From: Marsupella aquatica
Lineage: Eukaryota > Plantae > Marchantiophyta
Assembly (NCBI GenBank): GCA_973895155.1
Contig: OZ316893.1
Span: 14,600,645 to 14,664,644, forward strand
Direction of reading: 5' to 3'
DNA: 64,000 bases
Shown: positions 11,432-24,299 of the stretch, piece after piece
How the letters are laid out: every line of letters starts with the position of its first letter
Position numbering within the stretch: the stretch's first letter is position 1
Notes under the pieces: model-generated
Databases searched by the model: none
Seen by the model: the letters and a program-made list of their open reading frames with translations, nothing else
What the model was told of the DNA's origin: nothing
Position numbers and translations under genes: made by a program

Positions 11432-14400
11432 TTCAGAACCTCAGTCACGAAGGAGGAAGAAGCTGTTGAAGTTGCTCTTACTGCACAATTGTGTTGATAG
11501 AATCGACTGTTCAGTGCTATTTGCTTCTCACAATCGCAATGGATCCGTCAATAATGACGGTTCTCGAGTGCAACAAGCAGTGTTGCCAAATTGTCCTCAG
11601 TTAAAGCATGGCCCGTCCCAGGGTTTTGATGATGCTGATGTAGAATAATATCCGTGGTCATTTACTTAAATATAGAAGAGATGATGGCGCTTTTCGCTAC
11701 AGTCTACGATCCAGATGTAACTCTCGTCGTGCTATGGTTTGTGGCTCACTTCTACTTCACTTCTACTTTCAAGTAATTCTTCAGATCTCTGATTTCAGTA
11801 CACGGCTTCCGATTATCCACTGATCGGGGAACCTATGGAGGTCCTTAATGATTTTCTTAATTATCCAGCACATATGGAGAATAAATCAGAACCTTTATGA
11901 GGCTTGTCAAGCTTGCATCAATCTCAAATCAAATCATGTACTTACTGACTCAAAAACGATCGAGGTGTGATGCTGAGACTGGCAAATGGAACTTACTGCC
12001 GATGCACGAGATCTCGGACCAAAAAGCCGCCTAGATACAGCATGGGCAGAATGAAAAGGGCACTAGAAAGTTGAAGATTCTAGGGGTTTTGAAGACTGGA
12101 AGCCTCTGGTGGAAGTGATTTCAAAGATGAGGGTTGCAAAACTCGTGTTGGAGAATGATGCGAGGATAGAAGTTCTACCTTCGAAAAAGCAGGGAATAGG
12201 AGCCGAGAAAGCGCATTGGTCGGGAGTTTTCTGGCCGTCTACAGCTAAAGGTTATCGCCTAATGAGATTTTCGTGGGATGTTTGCACCCACGCCATCCTA
12301 GAACACGCATCAGTCGTGTTGATGAGTACTCTGTACTGTCCTCAACCCACATTTTCTCTTGCATTGTTGCTGACTACTCTGTAGTCTCATCAACCCACAT
12401 TTCCTCTTGCACTCTTTGCGTGCAATTCAAGCGAACCTGTCTAAATGGACGACTGTTGTACCCACAGAGGCACGAGGTCAAAAAACGTTGGTAAGAGACG
12501 CCTCCACTTTGGTTCACAAACTAGAAAAGAATTGAAGACAGGGTTCGCCACCACTGTCTCCTACTTTTGCCATGAGGAGTGGTCACACGCCGTGACCACA
12601 TTTCGCTATTGAGTCTAGTGGGATATACACAACCCGGCAAAAAGCTATGGTCTGTTTGTGGCCAAAAGCCATCATCCGGAACTATGGAACTTAATTGCAC
12701 TAATGAAACTATTCTGGTTGTCTCTCATCAACCCTTGTAGGCTCTAAGTCAATGACAAAAAACATACACGGCTGGTTTGGCAGTCTTGGACTGAAGGGGC
12801 TCCATTGCACCTAGCCCAGAGCCCAGAGCCCAGAACCCTACCGAACATGAAGGTAACTTCTGGCTGTCCTGGACTTCCCCCAGACTCAGACCTCCTTTAA
12901 GGTAGTCTGCATGTAATACATGTGTAACACAAAGAACAAAAGGGGTCAAACTTAGGAGACAAGATCCCACAGCCAGGAGACCCTGGCTATCCTGGACTTC
13001 TTAGCATTTTCCCCAAACCTAGTCCCGTCTTTTAAAGTACTGTGCATGTAACATACACACATTGCAAAAGAACAAAAAGGGTCAAACATGAGCGACAAGA
13101 TCCCATAGGCAGGAGACCCCAAGGAAAGAGAAATCCCTAAATAGATATCTGACATCCCTTGCTACTTTTTCAAACAGTAATGATATAAAGCTTTCACAAA
13201 CCAGAAATAAAGAGACATCGGCTCAGACAGGATCTTAATCCAAACCGTCCTGGATGACAACTCAGATGAGACCCCACAACACGACATAGTGTACCACAAG
13301 TGCAGTCCCATGCTTGGGAAATGTTCCTCACCTTTTTTTCCCTTGAAATAATTAAAAACCATTCACACTCCCAAGCATGACCCATATGCTTCCCTTGAAA
13401 ATTAGTTAGAAACTGGGATTTACTACATTGCCATCTTTTTGTTGCATACATTGCCATGATTTTTTTTCTATTTATCAAATTGCCATTGCTTTCATTCATG
13501 TGTCAAGAAAAGTAACCCAAGTTATCTCCTCAGCTTCCAATAGCTGTCTGTGTTCCCCTTGTCAAGATCTGGTGGTGTTGGATTCCCTCACCCTTGGGGT
13601 CAGTTGGCCAGAATGCCCCCAGCTGTGCCCCTTCTCAGCCTTGCCCTGCAGCCCCGCTTCAGCGCCCCCCCCCCCCTTATTATTATCCAACAAAAAGATG
13701 ACAATGTAGTAAAACCCAGTAATCAGAAGGCTGACACGCCCATAAAGGAGTGAATAGATCATTAATTTCCCAGAAAGGACGAGACTAAATGACAACCAAA
13801 AAGGAAACAAGAATAATGTCAAAAAGGAAGGGCGATTCCACTAAAGGAATTCTGTAACACACTTGCTTCTCTCCTAGCTTCATTGCAGGTCCAGGCCCAG
13901 CTCAAGTCCTGGCCTCTTATCCTTATTTGGATGTAACTTAGACCTTAGGTTAGTAACTGCGCTTCAAGTGCAATTCTTCTGTAAACCCTATTGGGCTGAT
14001 ACACTGTTTATATAAGGAGAGCAAACCCAAGAGAAAACAAAGGAAAAACCCCAGGAAGACCAAAGACCTAAATTAAAGGAAGGAAAGTCTACAACAGACT
14101 GGCAGAAACCTATCCTGGGGAAGGATCCCTGAAATCCCAGGCATCCAAACTCCTGAAGTACCCCTCCATGGACGGCCTAAGAGGCAAGAACAGAATAGAA
14201 GAGGAAACTCTCTGGAAGTCAAAGATTGTGTCCCACGGAAACTGGGAAAGGATGAGGGAGGAGCCGGCTGCCTGCATGGTCCCCTTCCCTGGCGCAATGC
14301 CCTGCCCAGAACCCCAGCCATACCCCTCCCTTCTGCACTGCAAGCCACGCACCTCAAGCTCCACCTGCCTCTAACTATTTAAGTTGCACAAACATGCACA

Positions 14401-14559
14401 CTTGCTCCTCTCCCAGCTTCATCACCTAATTACAAATCGGCAGGTTCTAGGTTCAAACATTTACATCTTATGCCCCTTTACTTTTTAACTTAGTCCACCC
14501 CATACTAAGTGGAGTGCACTCGCTCAACCCTAGTTGCACACACCCAACTTTGAACTTGG

Positions 14560-14739
14560 TTTTTTTTTATTTTAAATTTTTTTAAGGGGAAATCTGTGAA
14601 CACCCACAGAAAGGGAAGAGTCAATCATAATAGTTGAATCAACCCAAAACCTATCAGTCTCTACTCAAGAATAGTTGAATCAACCCAAGACCTATCAGTC
14701 TCTACTCAAGTGATACCACAAAGTCATGCCTCTCTGGGC
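14560..14739 (-). mobile_element. Short non-LTR retroelement insertion (SINE or LINE 3' end)
   Basis: Poly(T) head on the + strand, 13-bp TSD ACTTTGAACTTGG (14547-14559 and 14740-14752), and an internal ~42-bp tandem duplication. Confidence 0.78.
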
Positions 14740-15534
14740 ACTTTGAACTTGGGTTTAAACAACACCCCCTCCCATAATTTCTGACAACTGTACTCTACTT
14801 TCTGGCTAATGCTCCAGTATTACTACAGTAGGTGGTGGCAAATGGCACATATTTTTTAAAGTTTTAGCCTGAGCAGGATTTGCCTGACTGTTTTAAGGTA
14901 AGTGATTAGCAAATTTTTGCCCACAAAAAAATGGCTGACACTCACGCCCTAGTTGCTTATGGAAATTATTGAGCAAGCAGCCTAGCCTATGTCTGTTGCA
15001 TAATTGTTTATTGGGTTTTTGTAGTCATCTTGTAGTTGTGAAAGTGTTTTCAATGCCACTGCATTGCACACTAAATGCCAAGGTGAGACAAAACAGTGCA
15101 GATGAGGCACATATAAGACCAAAAATGTTTTAAAATCAAGGAAGTTATTGAAGCACCTTATTTATCATTGATGGGAAGGGTGCAAAAGAAATCATTGAAG
15201 CATGGAATATGGTCTAGGCAAGGAAATCATGGAGGAAAGGAAGTGTTGTTGAGTATGTTGTTGATGCCAGGGTTGATACAAAAAGTGTTATCAAAATAAA
15301 ACTTTATAATCAATGGCGCATGTTGGATCAAGTCATGGCACCATGCAATGTAACCATTTGTGAAGAGGACGAGTGAAGGAGGGATTCAAAGGTGGGAGTG
15401 AATTAAGGGAGGGGACAGAGAGGGAGGAGGCATTTTTTTTTCATTTCTTTACCCCACTCCCCTCACTGGAGTGGCACAATAATGTGGGCATGTGCAGGGC
15501 CACGTCAGCCTAGGATGGGCACAGGTGCAGGCTA

Positions 15535-15780
15535 AAAGTGGGCGGTGTTTGGAGAATCCAAGAGGTCACAGAAAAGAGCTCATAAGGTAGGCTAGTAGTG
15601 GGTGGTATTTGGAGATTAATCCTACTCTCACAGAAAAGAGCTCATAATAATTATGATGGACGACAAAGATTGGTTCCCGCTCAGCTCTTAAGGTAGGCTA
15701 ATAGTGGGAGCAATTTGGAGAATCCTATGGTCACAGAAAAGAGCTCATAAGGTGGACGACAGGGATTGGTTCCCCCTCAT
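15535..15780. repeat. Imperfect local tandem repeat
   Basis: GTGGG...TTTGGAGA(T)ATCC...TCACAGAAAAGAGCTCATAA occurs three times. Confidence 0.65.
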
Positions 15781-16136
15781 TTTGGATTTTGTATACAGAC
15801 TCCAAGGAAGCCTTTGCAAAGGATCACATTTTGTAGTGGTTGATCCAAGGAAGCCTTTGCAAAAAATCACATAATGTAGTGGTTGATATATGTCGACATA
15901 TCGACTGTATCCATGCTGTCGTTTTAAGTCTGGGACGAATGCATCACCCCAGTGGAGCGATTGTGGGAAATTCCTCATTCTCCTAATCTACCGAGGGATT
16001 CGAAGGAGCTATCGAAATAGTTTTCTACAGAATTAGCAAGCCAATAATTTCATTTCATACATTCATGAGTTCGAGGGCTGTGTGTTCTTTACTAAATTTT
16101 AGTTTCCAGCAAGCGAAAACACAACTTTCAATCTGG

Positions 16137-18191
16137 TCACCAGTAATCACCACAAGAACATCCTCCATCCTTGAAATGGTGAAAGCGAGTTGTATCCCTG
16201 GCAATAATCTCCCGTCCTGTCACCTTAGAAATAACCTTGGTTGCAGTATGGCAATCTGAACACACCCGAAGGTTCTTCGTTACACGAATTGGTTTGTCCC
16301 GAGGTATGCGCATGAGTCCATATGCAATAGCCAACTTCTCACTATGAGAGCAAAGGGCCAGTTCTTTGTCCTCCTCATCGATGTTCTGCAACACAGTCCG
16401 TGTATCAGGAATGTAGCCCTCAGCCTTCAGTTGTTCAGTCAATTTGCTGATGTAAGCATAAATCTCCTTCGCTTCTGGGTGAGATGTATCCCCAGCAACA
16501 AATTCATGGACCGTGCTATCAACTTCAATCGAGCTACGCCCTGGCTCCTGCTTCCGAACACCTCTCGTTTGCATCATGGTGCGCACCAATGACGCCTTCT
16601 CCCACTTCCCAGCTGCAGCATAGATGTTGGAGAGGAGCACATATGCAGAGGAATTATGGGGTTCCAATTTGAACAGCTCTTCAGCGGCAAGTTCACCCAG
16701 CTCCACATTACCGTAATTTCTGCAGGCCCCGAGCAAGGCCTTCCAGGTTACTTCATTTGGTGCAACTGGCATGTTACTGATGAAGAGCTTTGCTTCCTCC
16801 AAGTGTCCAGCCCGCCCTAGAAGGTCCACTATGCAGGTGTAATGGACAATGTCAGGTTCGATACCATGGTCTCGAGTCATGGCTGAAAAGAGTCTCCGGC
16901 CGTCATCCAACAGGCCTGCGTGACAACAGGCTGACAGCACTGCCACGAATGTGTACCTGTTGGGCTTCACCAGGTCGGAAGTCATTTTCCTGAAAAGTTC
17001 CAGGGCTTCATGACCACACCCATGTTGTGCAAGTCCTCCGATCATTGCATTCCATGTGACTACGTTGCGTTTCTTGAGTCTGTCAAAGAGCAATCGGGCA
17101 TCATCTATACTGCCAGTCTTTGCATACATGTGAACTAGTGCATTGCCCACACACAAATCCGACTCCAGTCCCGCTCTGCGAGCATGGCCATTAACCTCCT
17201 TCACCCACTCCAAAGCCCCTGCACTTGCAGATGCAGATGCATTCAAGATGCTCATATAAGTGATTGCGTTTGGCTCAAAGCCGTCCCGTCTCATTTCGAG
17301 GAACAGTCGATATGCTTCCATACCATCACCACTTTCTGCATATGCTCCAATCATTGTGTTCCATGAGATTAAATCTCTTTCATTCATTCTGTCAAACAGG
17401 AATCGGGCATCATCCACCTTGCCACTTGCGGCATACGCACCAATCATCAGACTCCAAGTGATGGAATTTCGATTGGTCAATTTGTCGAAAACTCGCCTTG
17501 CCTCCGTCATACACCCACACTTTACATACATCTGAAGGAGGGCAGTCCCTACACGCACATCTGATTCAAAACCGGCATGTCGAATACACTCATGAATTTC
17601 TTTTCCCCGTTTTAAAGCTAATGGGCTAGCGCATGCCTTCAGGATGCACAGATATGTAACCTCATTAGGCTGCGCACCTTCTTGGCGCATTAATTTGAAA
17701 AGTTTTAGTGCGGATTCAGGATGATCACTAGCATATGCTGAAATCATCATGGTCCAGGTAATAACACCCTTCTTCTCAACTCTATCAAAAACTCGACGTG
17801 CATCCGAAAGTCCCCCGCATCTGATATACACATTCAGGAGGTTGTTCGCCACATATGGATTCTTCTCCATTCCACTCTGGACGATGCAGTCGTGAACCTG
17901 CTTGGCCGCTAAAAGGTTTCTCTGTTTCAAGCAAATTTGTAGAGCTTTAACATATGGGTACGGGTCGGTAGTAATGCCTTGTAGACGATTCTTCAAAACA
18001 GCAATTGCTTCACTCGTGGTACAAACACCAGGCATGTGCCTACTGCGATTCCCCTGTGAGTCGTCTTGAGACCAATCTCTGGTGCCATAAATAGAACGAG
18101 ATTGGAATCTGCCTTGAATAATAAATTTGAGCCCTGCCTTCACCCCTGTTGGAGTTGACGAGCCATCCACCCAAAGTGCTTTCCTTGTCAT
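16137..18191 (-). CDS. PLS-class pentatricopeptide repeat protein with E1/E2/DYW cytidine deaminase domain (organellar C-to-U editing factor)
   Basis: P-L-S triplets, PG box (PGRSSIEV), HSEKLA, CSDCH and a terminal CSCGDYW. The first in-frame ATG is at 18191; the ORF stays open to 18287, so the true start may be on an upstream exon. Confidence 0.95.
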   Translation of the reverse strand: MTRKALWVDGSSTPTGVKAGLKFIIQGRFQSRSIYGTRDWSQDDSQGNRSRHMPGVCTTSEAIAVLKNRLQGITTDPYPYVKALQICLKQRNLLAAKQVHDCIVQSGMEKNPYVANNLLNVYIRCGGLSDARRVFDRVEKKGVITWTMMISAYASDHPESALKLFKLMRQEGAQPNEVTYLCILKACASPLALKRGKEIHECIRHAGFESDVRVGTALLQMYVKCGCMTEARRVFDKLTNRNSITWSLMIGAYAASGKVDDARFLFDRMNERDLISWNTMIGAYAESGDGMEAYRLFLEMRRDGFEPNAITYMSILNASASASAGALEWVKEVNGHARRAGLESDLCVGNALVHMYAKTGSIDDARLLFDRLKKRNVVTWNAMIGGLAQHGCGHEALELFRKMTSDLVKPNRYTFVAVLSACCHAGLLDDGRRLFSAMTRDHGIEPDIVHYTCIVDLLGRAGHLEEAKLFISNMPVAPNEVTWKALLGACRNYGNVELGELAAEELFKLEPHNSSAYVLLSNIYAAAGKWEKASLVRTMMQTRGVRKQEPGRSSIEVDSTVHEFVAGDTSHPEAKEIYAYISKLTEQLKAEGYIPDTRTVLQNIDEEDKELALCSHSEKLAIAYGLMRIPRDKPIRVTKNLRVCSDCHTATKVISKVTGREIIARDTTRFHHFKDGGCSCGDYW

Positions 18192-19239
18192 CTTATCATT
18201 AGACTCAGGTGCTCTGCGCTTCCTCTGTCGGCACCACAACCCACGATCAGATCTGGAAAACCTGACTGGTATAGCAATAAGATGCAAAAGATTCCACGGG
18301 GTGCACTGATTTTGTAATTGTGCTTTGTTTCTTAGTGAAGACCGAAGATCAAATCAGGTTCAGTAAACCTGCAGGGCTGTTAGTCTAAACAATGACACAA
18401 GGAGAAACCTATCAAGTCACAGCTACTCACTTACTTGAACGATCACGTCTGTTGTACTGATCATTTTGGCTCTGGATTTCAAATGTGCAACAACAGCGTT
18501 AACTGCTCGATTGATGACACGCCTTAAATCCATGGCATTCATTCCGACTGCTATCGATTTCTAGCCTTCTGAGAAAATGGTCTTCGTGATTCCAACAGTA
18601 GTTCTGCACGTTGTTCCTGAACACATCCCATCGGAAAATCAGTTGCAAAGACCTGTTTAAATAGAATCTTAATATCCCCCTCAAACAGCGGAAGCACGAA
18701 GACGTAAACCTCAGAAACAGACAACCCCTTGGAGCTGATCGCGTCTTCCACCCGCCAACACACTAAAGAACCCTAAACCTTAACCCAAGAGCACCGAAGT
18801 TGGGGAGACGAATATATCGACAGCCAAGAAGAGCAGCAATCGAAGAAAACGCACCATGATGCAGACACAGAAGCTGTTGCCGGCCTCTGCATTGTCGCTG
18901 CCAGCGGACTAACTGCTTGGACAATGAATTAAACACGAAGCACTGCTCCAAAACGAGGAGCAAATGTAACTTTGACAATTATAAGACCTCACCATCCAAA
19001 CTCTGGGATGCTCCCATCTTGTTCTCATGCTCTTTGAAAACTCAACTTGAAGGCCACTCGGCAAGACCCTCCGCAACTCCCGCAAATTCTGAACAGCTGC
19101 ATTCACTTTTAAAGATTGAAGCTCTTTCAATTACAATTCTCCCGTGCTGCTCCCCGACAGCCGAACTGGGGCCGATCAACGTTTCGCAGTCTCGTTTTTA
19201 CTCACAAAAACGAGACGTATGTTTTACACATTAGGACAT

Positions 19240-19592
19240 TCACCATGCTAGGTCACCCGTTCAGCCTGCGACCTTCAACAGCCTACAATCGACTGCTGCC
19301 TGGGAGATGAGGGGAGAGTTAGCTAAAGCACATGTAGAAACTAAGGGCACTTGCCCTATAGATTTACAGACGGAGCTGACTCTCGACTTGCGGTAGAGAT
19401 GAATGTCGATTGTAGAGTGTTGAAGCTCGCACTAAGGTCGCAGGCAGAACGGGTGACCTAGCATGGTGAGAACGAGAGCTAAGATAGTCACGTTGTGGCT
19501 TGTGTTTCAGTCTCAGACATTGTGGATTGGACAGTGTTAGAAGCTCGCACTAAGGTCGCAGGCCAAACTTGTGACCTAGCATGGTGAGAACC
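19240..19592. repeat. Inverted repeat with a duplicated right arm
   Basis: TCACCATGCTAGGTCACCCGTTCAGCCTGCGACCTT (~19240-19277) pairs with AAGGTCGCAGGCAGAACGGGTGACCTAGCATGGTGA (~19434-19469). The right arm recurs at ~19541-19592. Confidence 0.8.
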
Positions 19593-21140
19593 AGGAATAA
19601 GATAGTCGCATTTTGGCTGTTTTGTGTTTCAGTCTAGACATTGATCCAGTCACCGCTCTTGAGTTCATACTAACCCATAATTGAAATGGGATTTTTGGGG
19701 CATTTCTAGCAACTTTTCGCTTATTGACTGTCTAATAATAACCTTAATTGTTTGGAAGTCTTGACCTTGAATGCTAATACAAAATTTCCTGAGATTTTGT
19801 CATGAACTCTTCTCGTAATTCCTCCTTAAAGCCAAGGAAGCGAGTCACAAAGTGACCCCATCTTGTGAAATTGGTCTGCACAGACCCCATAGCATACTTC
19901 ACATCATAACGGTACTGGGCATGTTTGTGACATGCTGAAGTTGGAGACCCAAGGGGCAGATCACTCATCCTACTGGATAATATATTCCACATCCCAAAAT
20001 GAATCCCTCCCCCCCCCCCCCAAGGATGTTGTAAGCTTCGTCCTAGCTACTTGCTTAATCCTGTGTACCACACACTTGATGTCCAGAGGATTTCTCTGGG
20101 GGAGGGGAGGACAATATGGCTTTTTTACAAAACAAGTTGAGCTATGCTCTACAATGATAAAAGCGGTAACCGATATACCAGGCAGGCCAAGGAAATATGG
20201 CCTCGACACAAATGGAGAAGCTTTATTTACACAAGTGCAAGACATTTGTCTGCGGATATCCAGGCAGCAAAAGATTTTAGGACTATATATCAATGATCTT
20301 TTCGGATATTCCTCAAAGTTGGAAAGTACAGTTTGAGACACCGACGATCTTGATGGACACTGTTTAAATCTTGATACTCCATGCAAGCAAAGGTCCAGTG
20401 AGTCCCAGCTCCTTTCAAGTGGAATCTTTCACTATGAGCCTGAGTCTTCGACACTCTATTACTTCTTAGAGCATCTCCACCGGGGAGGGTACTGAATCCG
20501 GAAAACTAAAGGGCCCAAATGCAGGCCTGAATCAGCCTCTCCGACCCAAATTATTGTAGGCTCAAACCAGTGCCTGCCATATGGGCTGCCAAATACCAAC
20601 AACCCGAGTTCAAACTTGCGTAGCACTCACTATATAAATCGTCCTAGTCATCTGCAAAGATGGGACGACAATACATACTCAATTTTTGCACCAATATACT
20701 GGGAATGCATATGGCCAATGCTGGATATAGCCGGCCCAAATTACATTCAATCTGAACTGTATTGCTAGACAACCTGAAGCGGAAGGTAAATTCGTGGTAC
20801 TTTACTTTTTTAAGTGTAGCTTTCAGAAAAGCTTTAACTATTTATGAATTAGTAGTGGCTCCGGCACTGTTATTTGCTAACCTTTCTGTAAGGAAGTAAA
20901 TGCTCAGATGGACCCTAACAATTGACATATAGACTCCAAGCATTTTTCAGACCCAAAATGATGAAAAATAAAATATGTCATCTGAGTATCAAATTATGTT
21001 TGATAACAGAAGTCCATTTCTTATAGTTTACTAGATGCAGATCTGGAAAACATAGATAAGAAAAATAAAATTACAAAACTTCAGGCTTGGAAATCTACAC
21101 CACTACAAGGGTTGAGTGATTTGACAACGCATGAACGGTT

Positions 21141-21843
21141 TCAAAGCCTTGCTTCAATGCCACGGTTTGGAGCGGCTTGGGCCTTTGTTTCCAACGCGAG
21201 CATTTTTAAGGAGATCTTCCGCAAATAGTCTTGCTGTAAGACAAAAGACAGTGAGGAACAGGGTTAGCTCGTTATTTTAACAAGGCATAGTCACAGCAGA
21301 GTATGAGCAACGCCAATAGCAAATCAAGGCACAATACAAACAAGATACAATTAACTCGAACTCAAAAAAACTGCTTCAAAATTATTGGAATTCTGCTCGA
21401 GTATCAGAATGTGGAGGGTGTGACCTGGTCGGTTGCAGCATGAAATATTTTCTCCTCATACCGCCCAGCAATCTTCAAAAGCTCTCCCATGTCCTCCTGT
21501 CCTCTGGGTAGCATATGTCTCTGAAGAGTTTCCATTCTGCACTCCAATCAAATCCCCTGTCAATACAAGGTTTCTAGTATCCACATGCTTAAATTGCAGC
21601 AACCAATTTAACACTTATATGTGCTTCACTTCCTTCTCCTCAAGATAGGCCGCTACAATCCCTCTCATCGAAGACTTCCACTATCCCGTGCCCTCAATCG
21701 GGAAAGTGTATCCACCAGAGAAGCAGTACCAATGTCCATACTTCAGTACAAGGGCAAGGAACTCACATGCGCTTCACAATTCTCTGCCTCGAAACCTGAG
21801 GCATATCCGACCTCCAGGTGCTACTCTTGTTGGTGGCGTCCAT
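21141..21843 (-). CDS. Stand-alone KIX domain protein, Mediator MED15-like, 93 aa, 3 exons (21843-21767, 21536-21425, 21233-21141)
   Basis: Spliced translation MDATNKSSTWRSDMPQVSRQRIVKRI-METLQRHMLPRGQEDMGELLKIAGRYEEKIFHAATDQ-QDYLRKISLKMLALETKAQAAPNRGIEARL*. Both introns are GT-AG with consistent phases. Matches the plant MED15 KIX pattern (SRQKIVNKIMETL...RFEEKIF...DYLRKISMKML). Confidence 0.88.
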
Positions 21844-22225
21844 ATTTTGCTTGCAACAAAATAATACAGAATTCCGTTTCCCCGAACAGAAAAGTAAGGC
21901 CCTGACTGACAAACTGGATTTCAGTATTTCACGTACACAGCACCACTCGGTCAACGAGGTCCACACTACACTCCGGCAGGTATGCGCCGAAGGAACTCAC
22001 GGGCTCGAGATGATTGTGTTTGTCCACGATGTTGTCCGCCTTGTTTCTACAGATCCCAACAAACTCACGTTCCAGCTTTCCCAAATTTCCCAATGAGAAG
22101 ATGCTGGGGCAAGGGGGCCGGCCGGCAAGGGTGTTATATGGTACTAGCCTTCGAACCAAAATAGAGGCCAGGACCATATTTTTCTCTTTGTTGCACCCTC
22201 GTATTTTTATGTCTTGAATACACAG

Positions 22226-22510
22226 TACCAGGAGGAAAAGAAGGTTGGACCAGAGACCCATCCAACAGAGGATAGATACCAGGAGGAAAAGAGGGTTGGA
22301 CCACAGACCCATCCAACAGAGGGTAGATGTCTGTAGGGCAGACCACAATGGGGATCACACCCAGTTTAGGAGGGAAAGAGGGTTGGACCAGAGACCCACC
22401 TCTATGAAGGGAAAGGGGGATCATACCCCCTACCAGGAGGGAAAGAGGGTTGGACCAGAGACCCACCTCTCTGAAGGGAAAGGGGGATCATAACCCCTAC
22501 CAGAAGGTAA
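22226..22510. repeat. Imperfect minisatellite (~50-66 bp units)
   Basis: TACCAGGAGG(A/G)AAAGAGGGTTGGACCAGAGACCCA recurs four to five times. Confidence 0.8.
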
Positions 22511-22629
22511 AGATACCCTTTGCGAGATATATCTTGATAGTAAGATTAGGCTCCTTTGCCATGTACTACAGGATTAAGGGCATACAGTAGTTACGAGATG
22601 TAAATCCTGTCACGAGATGTAAATCCTGT

Positions 22630-22900
22630 CAGGAGAGAGGTTACCGGTGTGTAACCATTTCTACAGGGGCTTGCTATAGTCATAATCTGGTATCCTGAAA
22701 AGTTGAGCCGGTAACCTCTTTCCGGGCAGGAGTTACGTACACTAATGCAGGGCAGGGCTGGAGTTATAGGCTATAACCTGCTCCCGGAATATTCAAAGAA
22801 GCTTCCCGGCTGCCGCCGGTCAGTTTCTTTTCATATTTGGGACGCAGGGTTACAGCCTAGTAACCCTGCGCCCAGACCTGCATTACCCTATACATATACC
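22630..22900 (-). repeat. Dispersed repeat monomer related to the 6815-7960 array
   Basis: The reverse complement contains GGTTACTAGGCTGTAACCCT...GGGAAGCT...AGATTATG...AAATGGTTACACACCGGTAACCT, collinear with the array units. Confidence 0.6.
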
Positions 22901-23278
22901 ATAGGGCCATTTGATTTCGTGCCATTATTTAGAATTCCCCAAAGAGATGTAATTTTATTTTCGTGCCATTATTTAGAATTCCCCAAAGAGATGTAATTTT
23001 ATTTAATTTTATTTAACAAGCACTCTGCTTGTGAGCCAGAGAGCTAAACAATTCAATGGGCTTGGAATGAAAGCATGAAAAAAATTAAGTTTACTTTGAA
23101 AAGGAAGACAACAAGATTTCGTGATTAGTAAACTAGTGAACGTGCAATGGACCAACCTCTTCACTTGCAAGAACCTTAGAAGCATTCAAAGAAAGTTGCA
23201 AAAGAGGTTTCGTTCAGTATCATCATAGCAGAAGAGCGTGGGATGCGCAATTGCCATTTCACTAGCTTGTACCCTCAG

Positions 23279-23445
23279 TGAGCAGCATTCAAAGAGCTTG
23301 TATGCCAGTCGACATTTCACATCCAATAAACAGAGCAGCATTCAAAGAGCTTGTATGCCAGTCGACATTCACATCCAATAAACAGAGCAGCATTCAAAGA
23401 GCTTGTATGCCAGTCGACATTTCACATCCAATAAACAGAGCAGCA
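23279..23445. repeat. 52/53-bp tandem repeat, three copies
   Basis: Unit GAGCAGCATTCAAAGAGCTTGTATGCCAGTCGACATTTCACATCCAATAAACA. Confidence 0.9.
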
Positions 23446-24299
23446 CTGGAAGATCGTTGCAGAAGAATTTCGTTCAGTATCATCACATTCTTTAAATTTT
23501 TTATCAACAGTTACAAATGATGAATTAGAGCAGAAGAGGAAGAGCGTTGTATGACAATTGGCATTTCATATTCAATACCCTGAGTAAGCACTCCGAGATT
23601 CAGTGTCATCAATTCTATTAAATTTTCGAACGACATTTACAAAGCTTGAATCAATGCAGAAGTTTTGTACGCATGAATATCGGAATGCCACTGCTCTTGT
23701 AACAGAGCAGAGGCCAATACTGTCAAATCAATCCTAGTGCTAGACAATGATGAAATTGCCTCTCGTTGTACAAAATTGCAATTCACTTGTACTTCACTTC
23801 AGTCACTTGGTCTGCGCAAAAATTGTGGTGTCTAGCAAATTTCGCAGACATCCCGCTTTATATACTTTCGGGGAAATGATTCCCACAACAACCCAACTTC
23901 CCCCTATACTCGTATGTACAATGTAAACATCGAGGGACCAGAAATCCAATCGTCTGTGTAATTCTGTCGCTTCTCAAAACTACACAAAATTTTCACAATT
24001 CAAAATCGTGGAATCTCTCGTGGTCCGACAAATGAGAGTTTCTCTCTCGTCTTTCCAAGTCTTAAGTTGTCGACGAGATTCGTTCTCTACTGTTCTTGAA
24101 GCTCTGCTAGCTTCACCCTCATACAGCTTATTTCCTGCCTTAAAGCCGTCATCGAACATCAAGTAATCGGGCCCGCCGATGCCTATGTAGCATTTTCTGC
24201 TCATGGCGAGGCTATTGTGTTCAACTTTCCTTTCTTCCGACAGGGAAGGACAGATCTGAGAGTCAACACGCGAATCCTGTTTTCAGAGATTTCATCAAA

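Noticed and set aside
12579-12618. Possible Helitron 3' end (GTGGTCAC-ACGCC-GTGACCAC hairpin, then CTAG|T)
   Set aside because: No identifiable 5' TC end, Rep/helicase remnant or second copy; could be chance.
12750-14370. Possible decayed LINE sequence
   Set aside because: No RT or endonuclease motif could be read convincingly.
19932-20386. Overlapping 134-aa and 138-aa ORFs
   Set aside because: No recognisable domain or splice structure, and no visible link to the KIX gene.
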